DNA of 63,602 nt, filler included, from Guillardia theta CCMP2712 (GCF_000315625.1; 5 parts of 5 records of this genome joined end to end with filler, not necessarily neighbours in it), one strand, 5' to 3'. Positions 24,241-37,395 are shown, counted from the first letter of the whole stretch. Notes: generated by a model from the letters alone, not told the origin. Translations and numbers: made by a program.

Positions 24241-27200
24241 GTGGAGATGCTTGAAGGAGCGGAGAAGATGCTGCCAGGTCAAGGATGGCATGCTGATCTG
24301 CAAACCGTGTTCCAATCTTTGTGGCCTTGGGGCGGTTTGAACGGCCAGCACCCAAACGAGCAGCTGGAAGAGGAGGAGGAGGAGGACCTAGGCGTTTGGG
24401 AGGACGATTTACTCCCTTGTGTATCGCCCGAGGTGTTGGTGCTTGAGAAGAGAGATCGTCCTCTCCTTCTGCTTTATGCCGACGAGAACGAGCAAGACAA
24501 CAAGGTTCTTCGCGAAATTGCCAGATGCTATCATGACAGGATAGATGTCTTCACCCTGCCGTCGGACAGAAAAGAGGTTTTACAGCACGTGGAGCCGTTT
24601 CTTGTCGGACAACCCTCAGCCCAGGCTCGAGCGATGTTCATCACCCAGCATGGAGGCCTCTGGCATGCGTTCTCCTATGATGGAAGCTTGATCTTCGAAC
24701 CCCTCGCTCTGTTCGTTGCAGCAAACTTACACTCCCAAACGTGCCCTGCTGCCTACCTGCGACCAGGAGGGTTTGTGCGACATCTCGTCGAAGGATCACA
24801 AGGAGAAATTCTGGGGGAGGGTCCGAGCCAGGAGGGTCCTTGCCTCCTGCTCGTCACTACCAGGTAAACATGCGAGCAGTGATCGCTCCATCCTCACTGT
24901 CTCTCAGTCTCGAGCCTCCTGACTGGTTCTCAAATGTCTCTCGCATCTTCCATCCTCGTTGCAAGTTCGGCTTGGTATGCGAAGCTGTGTTGAGAAGATG
25001 CATGCACGTATCTGACAAGGCGATTGATCCTCGATCTCCTTCCAACCCCTCCAATCAGTCGTACATCCTCCTCTTCCTCCTCCCTTCCCTCGAGTGGCAA
25101 AAAAAGGTTGGAATTCCAGGCGCAATTTCTTCAGCTCTCTCTTCAGATCCCAAGGCTGTACAGTTCCGAGGCTCTTCGGATGTTCAAGCTGTCTGTGGGT
25201 TTCTATCTACCATGATGATGGAATGCAGAAAGCGAAGAAAAGAGAAAATGGTGTCATTCTGCAACCACTCAGATTTAACGCTGACACTCGAAACTGCAGA
25301 AAGCCAGATCTTGTGCAGATGATGACTCTTGGGTTGGTATGGTGTACAAGTATGGCTCAGACTACCTCCGGAAACAGCTCCGCGAAGCTTGTGTGTCGAA
25401 ACCGGAGGTATTGAATGGCGATAACAAAGATGCCATGCTCATCAGTGACAGTGGCAACACTCGCTTGTACATCGACTTGAGTCACAGCGGTGTAGAGCGA
25501 CCGGTCAGAGCCTTTTTGCTATCCAGTTTCCTCACCTCTATCCAGTTTCCTCACCTCTATCCAGTTTCCTCACCTCTATTCTGTTTCCTCACCCCTCATG
25601 TTGGCAGCAATGGAGCACGTACTGAGAGAGCATCTCGCGTGTGGATCACGTCCGAGTGAAGGTCTTGCTCTCCAGGACATCTGGAGGAAGGTGCTCCCCC
25701 GCTCGCGTTCTCTTTTTTCCTTCTCATCGCATCTCAGGGGCTTCCTGAGGAGATCCGAGGGCGGCTATGGGCCCAAGGTGAAGTACCACGTCACTCTATC
25801 AAGAAGCTAAACATGTTGAGCAAGCCGTGGGAAATGCAGCCATGTTGAACCAAGAACACTACCATGAGCATATTGTTGTTGCCCGTGACCTCGTGGGCAA
25901 GGGAGCGTTCATGGATCGAGCGTCCCGAGGCAAAGAGGAAGGAGAACTTGAGGATCACTTGCGGCAGATCACTCTTGACTTGGAGCGAACCTTCCCTGGA
26001 ATGTATTTCTTCTCCAAGAACGGTCCCTTCCACCAAGACCTACGCGAGGTGTCTTGCGATTGGTGTGGTCTAAACGCACTGACGTTGACCGTCAAGGTTT
26101 TGTTTGCTTTCTCTGCTACTCGACCAGATCTCGGTTACGTGCAGGTACTTCTGCTCGACTCGTCTGCTCGGTCCTACACCTAGTCTCAATCGTGCTTTCT
26201 GTCTCCCTCTTCCTTCTTCTAATTTGCCAGCCTTATACATCGTGATCGTGACGGGGTTCAGGGAATGTCACATGTGGCTGCTCTTCTCCTCCTATACATG
26301 CCTGCATGCTCGGTGAAGCTTGTTGTTTCCTCTCAGGAGAGGGTGACTCCCTTTGTGCTTGTTAAGGCCTACATCGCTCTAGTTAATGAGCTCGATAAGT
26401 TTCACTTCAAAGACTTCTTCCTGATTGTGAATTGCTTCGATGAATTGACGTAACTGACTCAATGGCAGGACGTGAAGAGAATCGGTTGCCTGATTAGGTG
26501 TCTACTCTTTCTGAGAGTTCTTCTCAGATCGTTACTGTGCCGCCTTTCATGTTGTTCTCCTGGAGCACTCTTCCAAGCTGGCGTGCAAGTTGCGGCAGAT
26601 AGGAGTGGATGCAAGGTACAGGGATGAGGCTGCAGATTGAGATGGTTGAGCAGAGCACCAGGCTATATCTTCTCAAGTGGTGGATGACCGCCTTCGCCTC
26701 GGTCCTGCCCCTTCAAAAAGCATCCAGGAATGCTTGAGACAGCAACGACTCTCTAGAGTGAACTCCTCGTAGGCTATGGGATATCTTTCTCATCCAAGGT
26801 TTCTCATTCCTCGTTCAGTTTACCGTCGCATTCCTTTGCAGGCAAGGCTTTGCAAGTTGTGCTGTTTCTTTTTGAACTTCCGCTTGTGCAGTTTCTCGAA
26901 GCAGTTAATGCGATCAGATCTGGAGCAGGTCAAGAAAACAGTCTTGACAGACAGCACTTGAAGAGATGTGACAGGCACTTTCCTTGTTGACGCATGTCGA
27001 AGAAGTCGATGTCGACATCGAAGCTGTGATACAGGAGGCGATGAAGGCAAATGATACAACCAACTCATGTTGAGGCTGCTGAACCATCCGTCTCCATCTT
27101 CCTCTGTTCTCAAACAGGTTGAAGTGAATTATGAAGAATTTATGGAGCTCGTGGAGAGGGAACGAGTGGTGGCAAGCGAGAAGGGAGAGGTAAGTCAAAG

Positions 27201-27525
27201 ACAGCCCGGGCAGATTTCATTCAAACTTCCCAGCTGGTGGAGGTAGGGAGAGACTTGCCTGCCAAACGAGGTACCCGAGTATCGCTCAAACCGGAACTGC
27301 GCAGCCAGGGAGATGGAACGGTAAGCTTGGCTTCTGCGTACGAGATCATCACCAGCGAGTAGATCACCGAGGTGAACGAGGAAGGCACTTGCGTGGTGAC
27401 GTGGGACAACGGCAACGTTCACTCCTGTCGTGTCGGTCTCTTTCAAGAGTTTTGGCTTCTAGGTGATGCTCCATGTTCACGACTGCTATGATGCTGACGG
27501 AGATGTCACAGCCTTGCCTGATTAG
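24241..27525 (+). CDS. Multi-exon TBC-domain (Rab-GAP) protein with thioredoxin-like N-terminal region and C-terminal Mib/Herc2-like module
   Basis: TBC signatures QITLDLERTFP (IxxDxxR), DLGYVQ|GMSHVAALLL (YxQ) and LWDIFLIQG. C-terminal ITEVNEEGTCVVTWDNGNVHSCRVG. Many short GT-AG introns. Start uncertain. Confidence 0.8.
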
Positions 27526-29250
27526 CCTTCAAGAACCTCAAACGCCACCCGACTCATCTCCTCGACTCCTTGTCAATGTCGACGTTTCTACCAGCTATCC
27601 TTTCGTGCATACAACATGTAGCAGAGACACAAGAAGTTGATAGCTGTCGGTACACCTGGAAGAACATAGTCTCATGATCACGTTAGATTACTCGATCACA
27701 GGTTTTGTATGCTTGGATCATTGATGCTATGTGTCTTTTGTTTTGAATTGCCGAGAGTGATGGCAAGAGCTACCATCACAGAAACAGCTCTCCACACTTC
27801 AGCCTGTCATAATGGGAGGGCATGAAACCAGGCTGAGCTGCTTGCAGTTGAGACAGGCTGGACCACATGCGTTCTCGCCTAGGATAGATCATAGTCGTTC
27901 GCCATGCCCCATCCTCCTTTGCCGATGCGGTCACGGTGAAGCGTGACTCTGCCCCGGACAGGCGCTACATCGTGCCCGGGCCCGGTGCTAGAGTGACCAG
28001 TCGGTACCTTGCGCCTGTTAAGGTTTAGTTAGGGGGTTTAGGGGTTCAGAAAGGTCGTAGTTGATGAGTGAAAGTTTTTTTTGTCTACATCTCTCCAGCA
28101 CCTCTGCAAGAGTATGTATCTCCCGGCTCCAGATCGCAATGCATCAAAGAAGATCGAGATCTCCGGGGAATGGAGGCCGGCGGCCACCCTCACAGCATTT
28201 GGATCATTGTGATAAAACAACGTTTGAAATAAATGACTCTGTAAATAGAAGATGGTGCTGAAAACCATGCGTTTTAAACAGCGAAGGGGCAGTGCAACAG
28301 ACATGAAGCTTTGGAGTCTAAAAATAGCTCTAAAATGTTTTATGAATGGAGTGGTGTCTCTCTGGAGGCCACTGTAGCAAGCTCTGCCACTCAACAAGCA
28401 CAGCGGATCGACAATTTTATTTCTTACTATGTTTTAAAATAGTTCAACCCCAACGATTCGTTCTTATATAATACATTTTGATACCCCTCAGATGCGGTTC
28501 CCTGCCTCTATGTCACCCCCACCCCGCCTTCGAATAGGAGTTTCCTGCCTTCTTGTAGAATGAATTCATTTTTAAAAGCCCTACAAAACAATCCAGTACG
28601 CCATAAAACTCATTTAGTACTACGTAAGCTCTACCACAAGGTTTGTTATAGGTACCAAGATAGGGAATTTAATAACTTATTTTGTTTCTATATGTATTAT
28701 TTTGGTAGCAGTGGTATTCAGCAGTTTTAAAACGAGGACTAAAAGTGAGGTTGAAAACTTGCGTTTTAAATCTCAAATCCACTGCCCGTCTCCTCACTCT
28801 ATTGCTGCTCTCATCCGGGTTTCTTGCTGCAAGCTGTTGGATCTTCTTCGCTTGTCTCCTTGATCTTCTTCGCTTCTTTCTGCCACCTTCTCTCAGTATC
28901 CTCTTTCAAAGATCTCTTGGCCCAGAACTCGTCGCCTTCGCACACTCGTTCAGGATTGCGCCGTGCTTGTTCGATTTGTGCCTCGGCTTGTTTTACATCT
29001 TTGATTCCTCTTAGTGGGATACAAGCTGTGCTTCCTTCTAATACGCTGCTCGACTTGACTTGTTACATATTTTGACCGCACGATCTGAAAGTGTCAATCA
29101 CCTACCTGACGAAGGCCAACACCTTTCATCTCACGCAACAACGTTGCGATGCAGCGTTTAGTAAACTCATGCTTTATTGTCTGGGTGCCTTTAATGTTTT
29201 CCTTCCAATTTCTGATTTGCAATGCAAGCGCAACTCATAAATTATCTCGA

Positions 29251-29553
29251 ATGGACATCGATGTTAGCAGTGCTGAAATATTGGGTGAAGTGCAGCAATT
29301 GAGATTGGTTCAAAATCAAATAAGGGAACTCGAAACGGTCAATGTACAATTAAGGAGAAGATTGCATGCTGCATCCTCTGAACAGAAATGCTTGAGTGAG
29401 AAGCTGGTGTCACTTGGATTTCTAGCTTCCGAAGACGACTCCGATGGTCAAGCACATTTGCGATTGCGTGGAGGAACCAACGGGAAACGGAACATGGCCT
29501 GCCCTCCCGAGCTATCTGTTTCGCAACTCTGTAGAGGCGTTGCACTCAGATGA
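29251..29553 (+). CDS. Hypothetical short coiled-coil protein with an internal LRLRGG motif
   Basis: ATG at 29251 within ORF 29149-29553; heptad-like segment QQLRLVQNQIRELETVNVQLRRRL. Confidence 0.35.
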   Translation: MDIDVSSAEILGEVQQLRLVQNQIRELETVNVQLRRRLHAASSEQKCLSEKLVSLGFLASEDDSDGQAHLRLRGGTNGKRNMACPPELSVSQLCRGVALR

Positions 29554-30499
29554 TTGCTGCACAAGGTGTTCTTACTGTACTCTAGGTATATTAGCATATC
29601 TGAATCTTTTTAGTCTGAATGAAAGTGATATCAAGTTGTGTTGGAATTTTCCAACCCGTAGCCTTGCATCGACTTCCCTTCAGTGTCCAGTCACGTCACT
29701 GTGATGATGCCGAAAGGGCGACTTGACTTGGCCATCTCAAGTCGACCGTACTCGGCTGGCTCAGTAGTGCCATCGTCCAAAGGCCGGCGGATCAGATGGC
29801 AGGCTTGGAATTCACATGTAGTTGGAGTAAAGATTCTTGCTAGCATACAGTCTTGTAGCCTATCGGGGCTCTGTCATGTGCTCTTCAACCAGCCTCGCTT
29901 TCAACTCACTGCCGTTTGCCAGGGCTTGTCAGTTGGCCAGCCGGGCACAGCTGTGGGTCACGCCGGAGCCCGGCGGCGATCGGCCGATCGCCGAGTGACT
30001 CGGACTCCGACGGACGGTCGGGCCGCCCCGCCATGGCCCGGACCGGCGCCGTGCTGGCTTGACAGTAGTGAGGGGGGCTTGCTCATCGTTGGTGGTGTCG
30101 GCTCTTGAAGGGCGATGGTGGGAGGGGCAGGTGGGTGGACGAGAAGGAGGGACAGAGACAAGGCAGGAGGAGGGGAAGATGCAGATACGACAACAGTACA
30201 TCAAAAGCCTACAATCGGCCAAGATAACAGCTCGGCACAGGGCAACTGAGAAGGAGACGCCTGGAATAAGCCGCGGCTCCTACCCCAGAACTTAAACAGG
30301 GACTGTTGCTGATCGATCGAGGATGATGGCTCCGCAGCCATGGCCGAGACATCCTCTGAGGGACACAAACCTTTTCAACCAGCGTGAGGTAACTGACATG
30401 AGAATGAAAAGATGAGGCTGCTCTCCTAGAATATTCGTAATTTGGTGTGAGACAACAAGAGGCGTGCTAGAGGAGGGCTGGGGCATAGAGGATGCTCGT

Positions 30500-33205
30500 A
30501 CCTGATATTGCCTGTATTTCTTCTCAGCCTATCCGAATGGAATTGAAGCCGCTCAATCCTGGCATCACAGAGCCGTACGGTCAAGCAGCGGTACGAGAGG
30601 AGTGTAGTGGCAGACGGCTCGAGGAGGCTGACTTGGTGTGTAGGACCCTCAGGCGTCTTCGCCGAGCAAGAGCGTGACGGGCGCCTTGAGCGAATCTCGA
30701 GCGATGAGCCTTCACGACAAGTTCTCGGGATCGGCCGCAGCCAATGAGCTGAGCAGCGAGAGGACCTGCATGGAGCCGTGGGCAAAGAAAGAAAGGTCGC
30801 TGCTCTACCTCCGACTTGCGGAGCAGCTGATGCCTCGTTCAGACTGCAGAGCCTGCAGGGCATCAACCACGGAGAGTATTCCCTCGATCCAGCTGCTCCC
30901 CACCTGGTCGAGCGCGACGACGGACAGCATCTTCCCCTGCACCCTCACGATCCGCATGCGGGTGACAGAGCTCGCTTGGCCCCCGCGGCTGTTCCTGCAA
31001 CGAACCACGACATGTCGTCGTCGAGGTCTGGCCCACCTCGCCGCTGTTTCCCACTGAAATCCTGTGCCAAGCAGGAAGGGAGTGCTGCGATGGCTGAGAT
31101 GCTTGGGAGGAGGAAACGACTCGGGTCACAAGGAGACAGAAGCCAGGCTTCAGCAGGAAGAAACGTTGGCCTTGCGGCTCAAGGTGCAAGACCTGGAGCA
31201 GAGGCTCCAACAGGCGGAGGACAAGTTTACAGCTGCTCAGAACGAGGAGAAGTCGCTCGAGCGGATGTCAAGGTGAAGAGCTCGCGTGCTTGCTTTCAGG
31301 GGCTGAGCTGCTTCAGTCTGCGAAAAGAGATTCTCGAGCAAGTGGAACTCAAACTTCGATCCGAGATGTTGCAGAGAGAGCAACTTGAGAAGCTGGAGGA
31401 CGAGCATCGAGCGTTGACGGAACAAGTGGTGAAGCTTCAAGACCAGGTGATGGAGATGCTCGCGAGCTTTTACCTCATCCTCACTTTTGCTCTCTCAGCT
31501 CCAGTTGACGGAGGAAATCCAGTCCGATCTCACGCAGGAGAAGAGCAAGGTGCAGGCGCTGCAGTCGCAACTTGCATCAGCCAAGCAGGAGATCCGAGAG
31601 CTGGTGCTCGGAGCCTTGTTGGTAGTCGCAAGCTCACTTGCTCTCCAGAAGAAATCGCAAAAGGACAGGAAGGACATGGAGGAGGAGGCGCAGGGAAGCA
31701 AGTACGAGTCGCTGCCCTCCCTCTCCAAGGGCCGCTGGCTCCCCGGTGATCGTCGGCGCCTCGCCTCTCGCACCAGAGGAGACGACCTTTTCCTCGTCTC
31801 TTCCCCGCGATACACAATCGTCAACAAGCGCTCCCGAAGCTGCAGCAGTGAGATATGTTGATTGCTTTTGTGCTTCGACATCTCCTGCTCTCCTTGTTCC
31901 CTCCTCCTAAACATGCTTCCTCCTCCTCCCCTTCCTCATGGCTTCCCAGGCACTCCCCGCGTCATGCAGATCGAGGTCTGTGAACACTGCGGGTATCGAG
32001 GATGCAAGTTAGTTGCTCTGTCCTCTTCCTCCTTGTCCTTGTCCCCATCCATCCCCACCGCCCCCTTCCCTTGCTCCCCCACCCTCTTTTCCTTCTGTTC
32101 CCCCTGCTCCTCCTCCTTGTCCTCTGCTGTCGTTGAATCGCGGGCAGCAACCGAGTTGAGCAGCGAGGAGAACATCATGCCGTCCATTGTCCTCTGCATC
32201 CTGTCGAGCCCCCTGATGCTGCCACCACGGACAACGCTCAGCCACAGGAGCAGAACAAGCAGCCCAGCGAGCAAGATAGCGAGCAAGACGCTGCGACTGT
32301 GGAGGAGGCGATCCCGGACTTCCAGATCGGTGAAGGAAGGGAAAGAATACTGCAAGCCTCTGATACGCTTTTCGTCCCTCCCTCTCCCTCTCCCTCCTCT
32401 CCCTCTCCCTCTTCCTCTCCCTCCTCGCCCTCTCCCTCTCCCTCTCCCTCTTCCTCTCCCTCCTCGCCCTCTCCCTCTCCCTCTCCCTCTCCCTCTCCCT
32501 CTCCCTCTCCCTCTCCCTCCTCTCCCTCTCCCTCTCCCTCTCCCTCTCCCTCTCCCTCTCCCTCTCCCTCTCCCTCCTCTCCCTCTCCCTCCTCTGCTTG
32601 CAGATGACGAAGAGATTTCCTTCAACGACGTGCTTGTCTGCGAGATCCCAGAGCTCCAGGCGATTTATCGACATTTTCGACAGCGCTGACTGTCATGCAG
32701 GTGGAGGAGCTGGAGGTAGACGTCTCCCTCGGACCGTCTCCTCCTCCTCCCCTGTCGCTTGTTGAGGTACCGCAGACCCATCCGCTCCTTCCCCTTACGC
32801 CTCTGAAGCAAACGGAGGCCTCGCCCTGGTCTCACAAGTCGCAGACAAGCTTGGTTGGAGCGAACGAGGGCGAGAAGGAGGAGGGGAGGAGACGAGGAGG
32901 GGAGGAGAAGCAGGAGAGCCCCGCGAGGGGGAGGATCATCGACCTCTTCACTCCCGAAGAGCTCGAGGCGAACCTGGAGGCTGCCAACAGAAACTTTGAC
33001 CTGCACAACTACGCCAACCTGCCATCGTCGGGGTGGAACAGCCTGGGCTGGAACATGGCGGCTCCTCTTTCTCCTCCTGCTCCTCCGCTGCAGGACGAGA
33101 ACATAAACCCGATGAGCTCAGCTGCCAACGAAGGCAGTGTGCTCCTATCTGGTCATCTGTTCCCGCAGCCTTCTCGCAGCAACGAATGGATCAATGAGAG
33201 CATGG
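30500..33205 (+). CDS. Multi-exon coiled-coil protein (ends uncertain, runs into a gap)
   Basis: Consecutive E/Q/K/L-rich exons (LRLKVQDLEQRLQQAEDKF; LEQVELKLRSEMLQREQLEKLE; LQLTEEIQSDLTQEKSKVQALQ) separated by short GT-AG introns. Confidence 0.65.
32376..32595. repeat. (CTCTCC)n polypyrimidine microsatellite, probably intronic
   Basis: Directly visible; ends at a TTGCAG acceptor-like site. Confidence 0.9.
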
Positions 33206-33361
33206 TACAGCTCCTCCTCCTCCTCCTCCTCCTCCTCCTCCTCCTCCTCCTCCTCCTCCTCNNNNNNNNNNNNNNNNNNNNNNNNNNNNNNNNNNNNNNN
33301 NNNNNTTAATTAATTAANNNNNNNNNNNNNNNNNNNNNNNNNNNNNNNNNNNNNNNNNNNN

Positions 33362-33811
33362 AGGACTGCAAGGGCATCTAGGTAGATGGATGGAGCGACG
33401 GAGGTGAAGGGCTGGAGCAGAGGAGCAGCGAGTCTCGACCTCCTTGACGTCGACGACGAGAGAGACGTGAGAGCAGCTGCTGGCCCCGTTCACTGCTTCC
33501 TCTAGTGTCTTCAAATCCTCAGGTACGCGCACGATCTGCGCTCATTCACCTCCTCTCTCGCCTTCCTCCATCGGAACCTTGCGCAAGACCGCCTGCAGAG
33601 CCTCGCTTCCTCCTCGTCTTCCCGTCCCTTCCTTCTGCCGCAGAAGCTGATGCAGTATGCGCTTCAGCCTCCTCCTCCTCCCCCTCCCTCCCACCTGACG
33701 AGGATCTCGTCGGAAGCAGTTCACAGGTGAAGCTGCTCCAAGCCTGCACGATGCTTTAGAGTCCTTCATCTCCATCTTCTCGATAGTCCTCGTCCTCCTC
33801 GTCCTCTTCCT

Positions 33812-33856
<45 letters not shown>

Positions 33857-35459
33857 CCACTAGTCTCTACCTGTAGTGGGTGCCCATGGCAAAGGCAAGC
33901 TCCACTAGATGACCTGCCAGACAACCGGCCAAGTTGATCCTCCTCATCGTCTCCACCGCCTGCACGAACCTCAACGAGTGTGGAGGAGGGGGAGGGGGAG
34001 GAGGAAGGAGGAGGAAGTGGAAGAGGAGGCGTAGGGACCTGCAGCTGGAGGAGGTGGATTGCTCGCTCTGCATCCGCCGCCGAGAACCCGGAGCGAGATG
34101 AAACGAGGAGGAAGCGAAGAGAAGGATCGACGTCCTCGAGCTCAACCATGTCTGCTTGTCTCGCTGCCTTGAAGGGGATGAGAAGGGACGAGCAGAGGAG
34201 GCAATCAGAGTTCAAGACTGACAGGCAACAAGTTCTGCGTGTCGATGACCAGCCAAGGCAGCTTGCTCCTCGTTTGACGGAGAAACTCCACGACCTAGAG
34301 AGTTGATGAGGAAGGGAGAGGCGGAGGAGATGAGGGGACAAGGGAATGAATCGAGAGGTGGAGGAGAGTAAGAGGGTAGGAGGGGAGAGGAGAAGGTGGA
34401 GGAGAGTAAGAGGGTAGGAGGGGAGAGGAGAAGGTGGAGGAGAGTAAGAGCGAGGAAGGAGGAGGGTAAGAGGGGATATACGAGAAGCGAGGTTGAACAG
34501 GTGGAATGGAAGGCCGGAGGTAGAGGAGCTGAGAAGGAGGAAGGGGGTTGGGGGGATCGACCTCTCTTATCTTCTGATCGCTTCCTCCAGCCTCCAAGTC
34601 TACTCGAGGTGTTGCCATCTCAAACTGAGAGCATGAAAAGCTTGTCAAGACCCATAGGTGCTTGTCAACCCGCACAAGAGGGAGAGGCAGCGCCAGTACA
34701 GCCCAGGTGACAACTTGCACCGGCACACGCACCAGGCGAAGGACGAGAGCGCAAGGAGGAAGAAGAGAGAGATGAAAGGGAGAGGAGGAAGAGGAAAGAG
34801 AGAGAGCCAGGCTGAGAGATTGAGGAGGGTGAGAGGGGGACGAGGGGTAGCTTGCTGCTACGTCATACCGTTGGAGCCTCCAGCTCTCGCAGTCTGTTGT
34901 TGATCATTCGCAGAAGCATCTTGTCTTCTCTCCACTCCCCCGCTAGCACCGGCTCCCCTTCTAACCTCCGGCACAGACCCCCGAGCAGCCGCAGACGTTC
35001 GTCCTCCACCCCTGCTCCTGCTCTCGACAGCACGCCCTCTCCCTCAACGAAGATGATGCACCTGCCCCTGACTCTTCCTGACGTTGCTATCGCCACATCC
35101 CTCCTCCTCTCCGACCCTCCCTCAGCTAACCGCCGCTCGAACGCCTGCGAGTCTTCCAGCCACTCCTCGCGTGCTCTCTCGCTCTCTGTCTTGCTACGTG
35201 CATGTCGGACCTCATCTACCTCCTTCTCTCCGCCTTCTGACACTCCTTGATCCTGTTGCAAACTCCTCTGCTGGAGCTCCAACTCTCCTTCGTCCCTGAT
35301 CCCGCTGACTTCCCCATCCTCTAGAACATTCTCCTCCTTTCTCTCCTCCTTTCTCTCCTCCTTCCTCTCCTCCATTCTCTCCTCCTTGTCCTTGCTCTCC
35401 TTCTCCACTCCCCCGCTCTTCCCCTTCTCGTCCTGGTCCTTTCCTCCACGGGCTACCAT
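33362..35459 (-). CDS. Multi-exon protein with a HAD-like (HAD_SAK_2-type) domain, probably catalytically degenerate
   Basis: IIFVEGEGVL...LLGGLCRRLEGEPVLAGEWR, WLVIDTQ and FLLVSSRSGFSAADAERAIHLL mirror the family motifs FLDIDGVL / IVLSSSWR / WVAIDD / GLT..DA..AI. 3' end uncertain. Confidence 0.5.
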
Positions 35460-35534
35460 TGCCCCGATACAAAAAAATCCGCTCTAAAAAAAAGCTTTAC
35501 AGACTGAGGCCCCTCATCCCCCCGCACGTGCGGC

Positions 35535-36173
35535 ATGGCGCTAGCGGGGGTGGCGGTGAGCGTGACGGGAGCGTTTGAGCGGGAGAGGATGGGGCAGGCG
35601 ATCAGGCGAGCAGGGGGCAGGCTCGACACCCTCGTGCACAAGAACCTCCACGTCCTCGTCGCCGATGACGCGGCCGTGCAGCGAAACACGCAGAGGGTCA
35701 GAAAAGCTTGCAAGCTCGGGGTGCCCATCGTCCGCGAGACCTTCATCCTCGAGAGCCTCCGGACGGGCAAGCGAGCCAAAGTCGAAGATCACCTGCTGCA
35801 GGTCTCCAAGGACGGAGATCACCTGCTGCAGGTCTCCAAGGACGGAGATCACCTGCTGCAGGTCTCCAAGGACGGAGATCACCTGCTGCAGGTCTCCAAG
35901 GACGGAGATCACCTGCTGCAGGTCTCCAAGGACGGAGAAAGCCCTGCGCACCGGAAGGCGACTGCCGATAAGCGTCAGGCGCCCAAGGAGGAGGTTGAAG
36001 GCAAGGTCCGAGCAAGAGAGGGCGATGAGAATGATAGACAGCCAGTTGAAGCGACGAGCAACCAAGCAGTTCAAAGCAAGAGACGAAGACAATTGAATCC
36101 TTTCAGCACGATCTTTCCCACAAGTTATCGGATGCTTGTTCGTGAGAGGGTGAGGTTAGCAAAGCCAGGGTAG
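35535..36173 (+). CDS. BRCT-domain protein with five 10-aa internal repeats
   Basis: LAGVAVSVTG...IRRAGG...HVLVA...ACKLGVPIVRETFILESL is a typical BRCT pattern; intronless 212-aa ORF. Confidence 0.8.
   Translation: MALAGVAVSVTGAFERERMGQAIRRAGGRLDTLVHKNLHVLVADDAAVQRNTQRVRKACKLGVPIVRETFILESLRTGKRAKVEDHLLQVSKDGDHLLQVSKDGDHLLQVSKDGDHLLQVSKDGDHLLQVSKDGESPAHRKATADKRQAPKEEVEGKVRAREGDENDRQPVEATSNQAVQSKRRRQLNPFSTIFPTSYRMLVRERVRLAKPG
35787..35938 (+). repeat. Coding 30-bp tandem repeat x5 (GATCACCTGCTGCAGGTCTCCAAGGACGGA; DHLLQVSKDG)
   Basis: Five identical head-to-tail units. Confidence 0.95.
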
Positions 36174-36741
36174 TCTCTCCTTTTCCGAAAGTTTTCACTT
36201 TACCAATTCCAAACCGGAAACGATTTCCATCAAGTCACAGTAGTACTTTTTTCGAGCAGACTTCCCTTGCAGTTTTGCAGCTGTGAGAAGATGGGTAGCT
36301 GGGGTCATGCTCGCCTTGTGCTTGACAGAACTGAGTTGCTCAGCACAATCGATGCGTAGATGATCTTTATGAAATCAGCACATGAACACCAAATCAATCA
36401 AGTCTCTGCTATGATCCTCATCTTGAGCTGGAGCGACGCCTCATCTAACCAGTTGTGTGCAGCGGCCGGTCTTTCAAATTTGAGGCTACACCCAATAGGA
36501 CTGACAATCTCAAGTTACAAAGGCGATGACAGCAGCAGTAAGCAGGAGGAGCAGGAGGAGCAGGAGGAGCAGGAGGAGCAGGAGGAGCAGGAGGAGCAGG
36601 AGCGAGGAGCGAGGAGGAGCGANNNNNNNNNNNNNNNNNNNNNNNNNNNNNNNNNNNNNNNNNNNNTTAATTAATTAANNNNNNNNNNNNNNNNNNNNNN
36701 NNNNNNNNNNNNNNNNNNNNNNTAGCCAATTTGCTGCTCAC

Positions 36742-37395
36742 ATGCGAAGTTGGGGTTGTCCACATGACAACCTTGTCGCTATTTTTGACGGTCATTTACA
36801 GCCCACGTGCCGACCCGGGGGTGATGCTAACTGGAAGTTGACCCTACATGACAGGCAGACGTTTGCCGGAAAGGAGAGGCTGCACGGGTTGAAGTATCAG
36901 GCTTGTGTATTCCCGAATGGGATATGCTGCGTGTGGGGGCCTTGGAGGGGTTGTGAACACGATGCAACAATGTTTCGGCGGTCTGACGTTCTTGAAACCT
37001 TGCGCGAGGTGTCAGAGGAGCAGGGGGTGGACTTCTGCTGTTTTGGGGATTCGGCGTATCCCCTTAGCCGCTTCATGCAGCACATCTTGAAGGCTCCAGC
37101 GGAAGGGGAGCTCACGCGCCTGGAGAGGAGGTATAACGCCCTTATGGGCCGCTTTCGCATTGTCATTGAGAATTGCTTTGGAGAGGCAACTCAATACTTC
37201 GGCATGCTGCAACACCGACACAATCTGCGTTTGGGGAGCCAGCAGGTTGGGAAGCTCTTTCCTCTTGCGATGTTCATTTTCAACATCCACACTCTGTTTT
37301 ATGGGAACCAGACAACAGCATACTTCGAAGGGGAGCACATGGTACTGGATGTGTCTGTGGAGGATTACCTGTCGTTGGCAGATGAGTTTCAATAA
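36742..37395 (+). CDS. PIF/Harbinger transposase (DDE_Tnp_4), N-terminus lost in the gap
   Basis: Motifs IFDG, G...HGLKYQ...PNG, GP..G..HDA, GDSAYP, YN..M...RIVIENCFG; AATAAA overlaps the stop codon. Confidence 0.92.
   Translation: MRSWGCPHDNLVAIFDGHLQPTCRPGGDANWKLTLHDRQTFAGKERLHGLKYQACVFPNGICCVWGPWRGCEHDATMFRRSDVLETLREVSEEQGVDFCCFGDSAYPLSRFMQHILKAPAEGELTRLERRYNALMGRFRIVIENCFGEATQYFGMLQHRHNLRLGSQQVGKLFPLAMFIFNIHTLFYGNQTTAYFEGEHMVLDVSVEDYLSLADEFQ

Noticed and set aside
35787-35938. 30-bp repeats of CRISPR-like length
   Set aside because: Head-to-tail with no spacers, in frame within a eukaryotic BRCT gene, and no cas genes nearby.
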